Shown here: piece after piece, positions 24,991 through 32,059 of the stretch
Layout of the letters: each line of letters opens with the position of its first letter
How positions within the stretch are numbered: position 1 is the stretch's first letter
From: an uncultured Thermoplasmatales archaeon
GTDB lineage: Archaea; Thermoplasmatota; E2; DHVEG-1
Assembly: GCA_964638175.1 (NCBI GenBank)
Contig: CAZWZY010000006.1
Span: 12,386 to 76,385, forward strand
Length of the DNA stretch: 64,000 nt
Direction of reading: 5' to 3'
Translations under genes and position numbers: made by a program
Notes under the pieces: generated by a model
The model's database searches: none
What the model was told of the DNA's origin: nothing
What the model saw: only the letters and a program-made list of their open reading frames with translations

Positions 24991-26519
24991 ATGATCAACG
25001 TCCTCTCCTTTGACAATTGTGAAAGTTTGATACAAACAATATCATAGCGATGGATATCAAACGTATCTTGGAAATCGGTGGAAAGGGAGGGATTGTAAGT
25101 TTTCCAGGAGCTGCTTGTCGTATCATAGATGCTGATTTCGATATTTACGCCTGCTAAGTCGTACGAAGCAATAAAGGTTGTAATCGAGATATCTCCTCCA
25201 GGCCAGCCAAAGAAATTATATCCACTATTGCCTGTCTTACTCTCTCCATCATAAGAATATGATAACGTAAGAGACTGTGGGGCATCATCCTGTGCTGAAA
25301 TGTCCACCGAAATGATTTTCATAGATGTAGTGTAAATGATTATAACATCCCATGGATTAATAACAAACGTCTCTGCTTCACTAGATTTGCCAACGGTATA
25401 CGTTAACCATACCCCTTGAGTGTTATCAAAAATGCTGATAGTATCGCCCACAGCCAACTGTGCTTTTTCTGCAAGAGAGCTTGCGTTGATAGCAGCTCCT
25501 CTCCATGTTAAGTAATTAATGCCATTATTTTGAGAAGAAGTAAGCGTGACGTCTTCAGTTTGTTCCCAACCGGACGTTACTGGTTTCTCAGTGACCGTGA
25601 TAGTTTGTTGTGTCGTATCAGATTCGTTTTCATTGTCGGTGACGGTAAGTACGACAACGTACTGTTCTTCTTCAGTATATGCATGGGTAGGATTCTGCTC
25701 ATATGATCCTGTATCATCACCAAAATCCCACGTCCAATTGACAATGATTCCATCGTCAGTAGACGTATCCGTAAACGTGATGACTTCATCAATCAAAGGA
25801 TTTGCAGGGGTATATGAAAAACCAGCAGTTGGTACCTCGTTTTCTATGGTACCTGGTGGATTACTAATCGTTACCGTGAGTACATCAGACCATCCTATCC
25901 CTCGCTCTGCGCCATGTACATCTTTTGCTTTTACTTTCACAGAATAGATTCCTGCTTGCTGCCACGTGTGTGTTATATTAAAAGTTTCACCAGAATCATG
26001 CCATGTAGTCCATTCATCAGCAATATCGTCATTGTTCCAATCCCATCCATATTTCACCTGATCTGTAGGAGTATCGGGATCAGTTGTTTGGGTAGAAAAC
26101 TCAAGGATAGTGTTTGTATACGCAGTTGTGGTCCCTAATGGTTGGTCTGGAACGAGAGGAGGAAGGTTGCCAGTAATAGTTACATTACATCGTTTTGAGG
26201 GACCTTTGCCTACCGTTACCGAATTATTTCCTTCACATCCACCATAAGAGACATTGACATATACAATATCACCTTCATCAGCATCTATATCGAAAACGTC
26301 TAAATGATACAACCCCGTATGGCCGTTCTCAGCTGTTGTAGTATATCGAGTCATGTTATCTCCAGTGTTTGAGTTGGTTATGAGAACAGCGACACCATTA
26401 GGGATAGGGGATCCATCACTATAGTCAATATACCCATATACCGTTTGGTGTTTCGCCCCAAAAACACACGGCAAAAGAGCAAGTTGAATGATAAGGACAA
26501 AAGCGATGAGTAGTGCCAC
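24987..26519 (-). CDS. Secreted protein with CarboxypepD_reg-like and PKD domains and a duplicated C-terminal domain
   Basis: VYGYIDYSDGSPIPNGVAVLITN (CarboxypepD_reg-like). Two PKD-like segments (YGWDWNNDDIADEW...YSVKVKAKD; FSYTPANPLIDEVITFTDTSTDDGIIVNWTWDFGDDTGSYEQNPTHAY...VVLTVTD). The C-terminal two-domain region resembles that of the 641-aa protein. The start is uncertain (GTG 26519 in the track; see findings). Confidence 0.8.
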   Translation of the reverse strand: MALLIAFVLIIQLALLPCVFGAKHQTVYGYIDYSDGSPIPNGVAVLITNSNTGDNMTRYTTTAENGHTGLYHLDVFDIDADEGDIVYVNVSYGGCEGNNSVTVGKGPSKRCNVTITGNLPPLVPDQPLGTTTAYTNTILEFSTQTTDPDTPTDQVKYGWDWNNDDIADEWTTWHDSGETFNITHTWQQAGIYSVKVKAKDVHGAERGIGWSDVLTVTISNPPGTIENEVPTAGFSYTPANPLIDEVITFTDTSTDDGIIVNWTWDFGDDTGSYEQNPTHAYTEEEQYVVVLTVTDNENESDTTQQTITVTEKPVTSGWEQTEDVTLTSSQNNGINYLTWRGAAINASSLAEKAQLAVGDTISIFDNTQGVWLTYTVGKSSEAETFVINPWDVIIIYTTSMKIISVDISAQDDAPQSLTLSYSYDGESKTGNSGYNFFGWPGGDISITTFIASYDLAGVNIEISIYDTTSSSWKTYNPSLSTDFQDTFDIHRYDIVCIKLSQLSKERTLII

Positions 26520-26650
26520 GTTTCTTGTTGGCGTGAACTTGATTAGGATCCCTCCTCAGTTGTCAAATTTGTTATAATAAATGCTTGTTTTTAAAGTTAT
26601 GGTCGTGTGTTTAGAGAAGACATTATTTAAAAAGCAAGTGTTTATTTTAT

Positions 26651-28561
26651 TTACCAGTCATCAGTGTCATAATCAATATTGGCATGTCCTGGTGCTCTAA
26701 AACAGATGACATCATATGGTGCAATACTGGTAAGTGTTGCAAAATCAGGATATTTTGGGTTATAGTTTAGCCATGTGTTTGTTGCAGGTTTATAGACGTA
26801 AAATTCAACGTTTTCTCCAGCAACCCCGCTACCACCTAAACTTGCTGCAAAATTTTCAGGGGCGATAGCATAATCGTTACTCCAGGTAATATAATAGTAA
26901 TTTTCATTCGTACTATTGAACTCCATAGTTTTTTGTTGGGACGTAGTTACCGCATCATCGGGGGTAAAGGAATGCGTATGATCAGAGTTAGTGTGAATTT
27001 GCACATAATCCCACCTATTAATGGTAAAATCAGCTTCTCCGCCTTCTTCCTCACTCACGCCAGCCACATATTCTACAGTTGACCAGTCACCAGTGCCAGG
27101 ATCAAACTTCCGAATAGCGTCTCCGGTGTCAAGACCCATATCTGTGGCAAGTTCACTTGCTAATATCGACGCAGTAGCACCCCATGTTATATAGTTGATA
27201 CCGTCGTTGTTACTGTTGTTGACAACCGCTATCTTTTGTTTGACGGTAACCATTGATTCACTATACGATACTGTTTTTTCACAGTCAGTAACTGTTAAAT
27301 TGACGGTATACCGCTTAGCAAAGATGAACGAGTTTTCTACAATAGACCCAGAATCATCTGGAGTGCCATCATTATCGAAATCCCAACTATAGCTTAACGC
27401 ACCAGCACCATCTGAATTACTTGCATCAAAGGTAACAGAATCGCCGCTATCAGGATTTGCATCTGAGGGGGAAAAGTGTGCATCTGCAACAGGGACATAC
27501 GTAATCCGTAAGTCAACTTTGGAACAGTATACTCGAAAAGAGGCTTCTGCTTCGGGGTGTGCAGAAACTTTACACTCTAAAGCATAAACATCCTCCCATG
27601 TCCAGGACCCGGGACCATTCGCATCATCGGTGATGTCAAACCACTGAGACCACGCACCTTCATCTGCCGGAGCATCATAGTGATAATTACCATCCCCATC
27701 GGTATCTCCACCAAATACGGGTATGAGCCAGAGATCGGTTGCTACTGTTTTACCACTTGCATAGTATCCTTTACAACGAAGTTCTACCTTCAATATCGAC
27801 CCACTTAATCGAGTGCAATTGTTGGCGGTCAAAAGTTGAACATCAGCATCTGTTGCTGTAAATGCATAAGACTCCTCCTCCCCATCAGCCATCATGGGGT
27901 ACTCTCCTTCCCAAGCAACAGCATTGGTAGCCTCGTCAAAAAAATGGACAGGTTTTCGGTCATACAACAGGTCACCAAAGACATCAAAGATACTGAAAAA
28001 AGACATCGATCCGCCGAATTGCAGTTCACCGTTTATATCCTCTGTGGCTTCTATCTCTACTTTGACATATCGGCCGTTTTTGGGATCAAAATCTGATGAT
28101 GCTATCCACTCGCTGGTATCGCTCAAGTCAAGTCTCTCTATTGAAGCTGCCTCAAAATGGTCTGCTTCAGTACTTATGTATATATTTACAGAAGTTGGAT
28201 CTTTCAAAGAGTTTGAACGGCCACGAATCGATGAAATAGTATACGTATAGCCAAGATCTATGAGAAACCAGTGTGGTGTCTTACTTCTACACTCCCAATA
28301 ATCGGTACCATCAAGTGCATCGGGGAGTAGATGGGTAAAAGAACCTGGTCCCGTGTCATGACACCGTGAATACAAGTGACTGCTATCAATACCAAGCCAA
28401 CTTCCTTCAGGGGAAGCATCAGCAGCACCTTGTTCCGGCATAACCATAATTACTACCGTAAAACTTGCAAAAACGAGCATAAACATTATAAAAAATGGAA
28501 ACAATCGATAGACGTTCTGCTTAGATGTGAATGCATTATCGTTGCGTTTTTTTCCTCTCAT
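26651..28561 (-). CDS. Secreted/anchored protein with a discoidin-like domain, a PKD domain and a duplicated C-terminal domain
   Basis: The ORF track starts at 28576. ATG 28561 (MRGKKRND...) lies 8 nt after AAGGTGGTGA. A TM/signal segment is present (LFPFFIMFMLVFASFTVVIMVM). ALDGTDYWECRSKTPHWFLIDLGYTYTISSIRGRSN is similar to the 2458-aa protein. A PKD-like segment is present (FSPSDANPDSGDSVTFDASNSDGAGALSYSWDFDNDGTPDD...VNLTVTD). Confidence 0.8.
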   Translation of the reverse strand: MRGKKRNDNAFTSKQNVYRLFPFFIMFMLVFASFTVVIMVMPEQGAADASPEGSWLGIDSSHLYSRCHDTGPGSFTHLLPDALDGTDYWECRSKTPHWFLIDLGYTYTISSIRGRSNSLKDPTSVNIYISTEADHFEAASIERLDLSDTSEWIASSDFDPKNGRYVKVEIEATEDINGELQFGGSMSFFSIFDVFGDLLYDRKPVHFFDEATNAVAWEGEYPMMADGEEESYAFTATDADVQLLTANNCTRLSGSILKVELRCKGYYASGKTVATDLWLIPVFGGDTDGDGNYHYDAPADEGAWSQWFDITDDANGPGSWTWEDVYALECKVSAHPEAEASFRVYCSKVDLRITYVPVADAHFSPSDANPDSGDSVTFDASNSDGAGALSYSWDFDNDGTPDDSGSIVENSFIFAKRYTVNLTVTDCEKTVSYSESMVTVKQKIAVVNNSNNDGINYITWGATASILASELATDMGLDTGDAIRKFDPGTGDWSTVEYVAGVSEEEGGEADFTINRWDYVQIHTNSDHTHSFTPDDAVTTSQQKTMEFNSTNENYYYITWSNDYAIAPENFAASLGGSGVAGENVEFYVYKPATNTWLNYNPKYPDFATLTSIAPYDVICFRAPGHANIDYDTDDW

Positions 28562-28737
28562 GAAACCGCTCACCACCTTTTTTAGTAGTATAATACTTTG
28601 TTATATATTACCATGACTTACTTTGTCATTACCTACTTATATACCTATCCTGTAAAACCATCATATACGACAAAATAACAAAACGACATTTTGTCATCTC
28701 CCGTTTTCCCACCTTAACGGCGCTCATCACTTCTTAT

Positions 28738-28975
28738 CCCCGTTCAAAATCCGAGACACACGCGGTGTTCAAAAGTCAGTACCTGTATTGTGCAAAACTA
28801 AGTACCTGCATATCCACCCCGTGTCCAACATCCAAGACCTGCTCAGTGTCCAAAAGTCGGTACCTGCCGTGCCCAAAACGTAGCATCCCCATTGTGCAAA
28901 ACACAGCACCTCCACACCCAACTCTCGTTCAGCATCCAAGACGCTGAATTGTTCACCATCCGAGACCTACACAAT
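28738..28975. repeat. Degenerate tandem repeat array, about 9 units of 23-33 nt (consensus roughly GTGYYCAAAANNNAGNACCTGC / GTTCANCATCCRAGAC)
   Basis: Units by eye: CCCCGTTCAAAATCCGAGACACACGCG / GTGTTCAAAAGTCAGTACCTGTATT / GTGCAAAACTAAGTACCTGCATATCCACCCC / GTGTCCAACATCCAAGACCTGCTCA / GTGTCCAAAAGTCGGTACCTGCC / GTGCCCAAAACGTAGCATCCCCATT / GTGCAAAACACAGCACCTCCACACCCAACTCTC / GTTCAGCATCCAAGACGCTGAATT / GTTCACCATCCGAGACCTACAC... Confidence 0.6.
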
Positions 28976-29087
28976 CACAACATATTCTCGGATACAAAAC
29001 ACTGGCACAGTTTTAATAAACGTCTGTTAATATTGGGAAAACAATCGTTAAACCGGTGGAAACTATCTTTTTTAATATTAAAGTCGT

Positions 29088-29111
29088 ATTCAAATTCCAT
29101 TCCCTGCACTA
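29088..29111 (+). repeat. tRNA-3'-end-like direct repeat, copy 1 (ATTCAAATTCCATTCCCTGCACTA)
   Basis: It matches 30886-30909 (ATTCAAATCCCTTCCCCTGCACTA) apart from about 3 differences. Copy 2 reads as T-loop TTCAAAT + T-stem CCCTT + acceptor CCCCTGC + A. Confidence 0.5.
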
Positions 29112-29311
29112 TTTATTTAAATTTAAGAAAATATAAATTCAAACACCCTATTTGATATTGTTGTGATGGCATGAATAAAAAGATAAAATATCTTGGTGTC
29201 TATCCATTAGTTTTAGCAAGTGTACTTTTTTTAATTTTCTATTTGACTACTGCGCTTAAAGAATAATTAATAGAATTACAAACTTTTATTTTTTTACTCT
29301 TTTATTTCGGT

Positions 29312-29581
29312 ATGTTGATAGGATGGGGATTTATTTACTTAACAAGTGAAGGTTGGGGCAGTAAAGAAACCATAACTGATAACGAATTGCGTAAAAAAAC
29401 AATTATCATTTCAGTTATATTCTCCACAACTATAACAAGTATATTAGTCTTAATAAGTCGTATTTCTTTTTCAGAATTACTTGCAGATTGGTATGTGTTG
29501 TGGTTCTATTGGTTATTATTCCTTGCGATTCCATGGATGATAATTGATATAAGAATTTGGATAAAAAATAGAAAAAAGTAG
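29312..29581 (+). CDS. Small hypothetical membrane protein (89 aa)
   Basis: Two or three hydrophobic helices. It is in the same frame as a 31-codon ORF (29171-29266, MNKKIKYLGVYPLVLASVLFLIFYLTTALKE) and separated from it by one TAA. Confidence 0.45.
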   Translation: MLIGWGFIYLTSEGWGSKETITDNELRKKTIIISVIFSTTITSILVLISRISFSELLADWYVLWFYWLLFLAIPWMIIDIRIWIKNRKK

Positions 29582-29682
29582 CTTTTAGACCAACAGGAGT
29601 ATTGGTTAATTTTTATTGGTAAATATCTGTTCTTTCCAGATGACAAAACAGGTGAGGGATTGTAACTCTGGGGCTATAGTCC

Positions 29683-29717
29683 CTCCATCGGCTTAGTCAA
29701 CCTCTTTTTTCTCCTGT
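29683..29717 (+). repeat. Direct repeat flanking the MNT-HEPN pair, copy 1 (CTCCATCGGCT-N11-TTTTTTCTCCTGT)
   Basis: It matches 30802-30835 (CTCCATCGGCT-N10-TTTTTTCTCCTGT). Confidence 0.6.
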
Positions 29718-29764
29718 TAAACATATTATATATAAAGAGAGAGAAATATTTAAACCTACAACAT

Positions 29765-30334
29765 ATGTATGAAATTATGATACAATTGTATCAAAAAATC
29801 AAACAATTACGTGTTCTTGAACATTTCATTGAAAATCCACATAGTAATTATTACCTACGAGAAACAGCCCGCCTCTTGCAAATGGATCCTATGACGGTAA
29901 AACGTGCGCTAGACATACTTGTTGCAGATAATCTATTAATAAGAACCAAGGAAAAAAATCAAATACTTTACAAAGCACATATTGAAAATCCTGCCTTCAT
30001 ATATCTGAAAATATCTTACAATCTTTCATGGCTACAGAAAAAAAGGGTATCTGAATTTATCACTCATCATATGAATACCGTGACTTCAGTCCTTCTTTTT
30101 GGAAGCTATGCAAAAGGAGAAAACGACAGTGAAAGTGACGTGGATATCTTAACGATATCACTTTCAAAAAATACACCAACCGCTGAATTATCGAAAGTGC
30201 TCAAACGCGATGTAAATCTCATCAATTTTACACCAGCGCAATGGTCACAACAAGCAAAAACCAATAAAGCATTCTATCTTGATGTGATCCTTGACGGAAT
30301 AGTATTATACGGAACAAAACCGGTGGTCGAATGA
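29765..30334 (+). CDS. Minimal nucleotidyltransferase (MNT-type antitoxin-like) with N-terminal wHTH
   Basis: LLFGSYAKGENDSESDVDILTIS is the GSx(n)DxD nucleotidyltransferase motif. The stop overlaps the start of the downstream HEPN reading frame (ATGA, 30331-30334). Confidence 0.75.
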   Translation: MYEIMIQLYQKIKQLRVLEHFIENPHSNYYLRETARLLQMDPMTVKRALDILVADNLLIRTKEKNQILYKAHIENPAFIYLKISYNLSWLQKKRVSEFITHHMNTVTSVLLFGSYAKGENDSESDVDILTISLSKNTPTAELSKVLKRDVNLINFTPAQWSQQAKTNKAFYLDVILDGIVLYGTKPVVE

Positions 30335-30757
30335 GAGCAGATGACTGTTTCAAAAAACGATTGCTAAGGAGAACAAAACCCGATCATCTCAAAGTAACAA
30401 AAGCATTAGAAATGGCAGAATTAAAAAAGGAGAGAGCCTTAGAACTTTTTGAGAACGACTTCTTTGAAGAATCAATAGTTACAATCCTATACTTGTATGT
30501 TTCAAGCATCTCGTGCTCTTCTGTTTCACGACGGCATCATTGAGAAAAGCCACGCTTGCGTTATCGCATACCTAAGAGAACACTATTCATCAAAACTCGG
30601 TCAAAACATGATCAATTGGCTGGATACTTATCGACTTGAACGTCACGAATCCTTCTACGGACTAGAAAAACCAACAATTGACGAAGATGAAGCAAAAGAT
30701 GCACTTGAAAAAACTGAAAAATTCTTAGAAACAGTTCAACTAATTCTGCAAAAATAA
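30331..30757 (+). pseudogene. HEPN-domain gene (toxin-like partner of the MNT) interrupted by a +1 frameshift near 30476-30485
   Basis: Frame 1 (30331-30543) encodes the N-terminal helices ...FENDFFEESIV and then runs into nonsense. Frame 2 is open from 30479 and encodes LQSYTCMFQASRALLFHDGIIEKSHACVIAYLREHY...YRLERHESFYG, typical HEPN helices. Confidence 0.7.
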
Positions 30758-30801
30758 TGAGTGAAATATGCTGTGGGCTTTGAAGTTATACTCCATACTC
30801 A

Positions 30802-30835
30802 CTCCATCGGCTCATTTTATTATTTTTTCTCCTGT
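30802..30835 (+). repeat. Direct repeat flanking the MNT-HEPN pair, copy 2
   Basis: See 29683-29717. Confidence 0.6.
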
Positions 30836-30885
30836 AAAAACACACGTTTACATTGCTTTTTGACGGAGGGATTTTAACCCCATAT

Positions 30886-30909
30886 ATTCAAATCCCTTCC
30901 CCTGCACTA
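30886..30909 (+). repeat. tRNA-3'-end-like direct repeat, copy 2
   Basis: See 29088-29111. Confidence 0.5.
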
Positions 30910-30972
30910 ACTCATTGCACAATAAGAATAGGATTTATAAGGTTAAACCTGAGGCGTTTAGCTTGAAATTAT

Positions 30973-31099
30973 AAGGGCACAAAATTAAACAAAAAAGACA
31001 ATTTTTGTATTTATGTGTGCCCATGCATTGGAACAACCTCATGGATTGTAAGGGCACTCTATTTAACAAAAATAGATAACTTTATATGTCATTGTGCCC
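30973..31099 (+). promoter_or_regulatory. Two tandem 50-nt units, each AAGGGCAC-N36-GTGCCC (inverted-repeat arms), directly upstream of the Fic gene
   Basis: Unit 1 is 30973-31022 and unit 2 is 31050-31099. Each contains an internal TATA-like stretch (TTGTATTTATGT / ACTTTATATGT). The Fic ATG is at 31112. Confidence 0.45.
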
Positions 31100-31111
31100 A
31101 TACAATAAAAT

Positions 31112-32059
31112 ATGGTTTATTTGGAGAGAATTGAAAGAAACGACAGGACATACTATTACATTACAAAGAATTTTAGAGTAAGTAGCAAAAAATGGAAGAA
31201 AATAAGAAAGTATGTTGGTGACAAGCCCCCTTCCAAAAAACAAACCACAAAAGCGATCGCAGAGATCGAAGTAGATGCATTAAAAAGAGGGCTCATGAAG
31301 CCTGTTTCTAAGCATAAGTATCTGAGCGATACTGAAGCAGAGAAGTTACAGGATCTTAAAGAGGTTTTTAACAAGTGGCATGGAAAACTAAATGCTACTG
31401 AGATAAAAAAATATGAAGAAGACTTTATCGTGAGATTTACTTACAACTCAAATGCTATCGAAGGCAGCCGTTTGAGCCTTCGAGAAACGAGCATGATTTT
31501 AACTGAGAACATCATCCCTGCTGGTGTCACCCCCAATGATTACAATGAAGCAATAAACTCAAAAGACTGCTACGAATTCATGAAAAATTATACGGGCGAA
31601 TTTAATCAAAAGTTTTTACTGAAAATTCATGGATTACTCACCAAGAACACAAACTGCAAAATTGTCGGTAGTTACAGAAACCATGATGTGAGAATCTCGG
31701 GTTCTGATTGGATTCCTCCATCTCATAAAAAACTTAAAGAAGAAATGAGGAAAATATTCCAATGGTACTATTTTACTAAGAAACGGCTACGTCCTGTTGA
31801 ATTAGGTGCAATTCTGCATAATAAATTAGTAAGACTTCATCCGTTTTCTGATGGGAATGGAAGAGCGTCACGAGTTGTGATGAATTGGATATTAATGAAA
31901 AACAGATTCCCCATGTTTTATGTAGAACTAAGAGATAAGATCAACTATTACGAAGCAATTGAAGAAGGCGATAATGGCAATGATGAGGCAATGGTGCATT
32001 ATATCGCCAATGTGCTGATGGAGCAGCATACATTTAAGTCACAAAAAGAAAGTAAATAG
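31112..32059 (+). CDS. Fic-domain protein (AMPylase family) with an intramolecular inhibitory motif
   Basis: The canonical Fic motif HPFSDGNGRASR (HxFx[DE]GNGRxxR) is present. The (S/T)xxxE(G/N) inhibitory-helix motif SNAIEG lies upstream in the same chain. Confidence 0.85.
   Translation: MVYLERIERNDRTYYYITKNFRVSSKKWKKIRKYVGDKPPSKKQTTKAIAEIEVDALKRGLMKPVSKHKYLSDTEAEKLQDLKEVFNKWHGKLNATEIKKYEEDFIVRFTYNSNAIEGSRLSLRETSMILTENIIPAGVTPNDYNEAINSKDCYEFMKNYTGEFNQKFLLKIHGLLTKNTNCKIVGSYRNHDVRISGSDWIPPSHKKLKEEMRKIFQWYYFTKKRLRPVELGAILHNKLVRLHPFSDGNGRASRVVMNWILMKNRFPMFYVELRDKINYYEAIEEGDNGNDEAMVHYIANVLMEQHTFKSQKESK

Noticed and set aside
28738-28975. Possible CRISPR array
   Set aside because: The repeat units abut each other with no unique spacers. 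They are too degenerate and variable in length, and there are no cas genes in the window.
29088-30909. A complete tRNA gene in the accessory patch
   Set aside because: Only the T-loop-to-acceptor 3' portion is recognisable. The preceding bases cannot form the T-stem or the rest of a cloverleaf.
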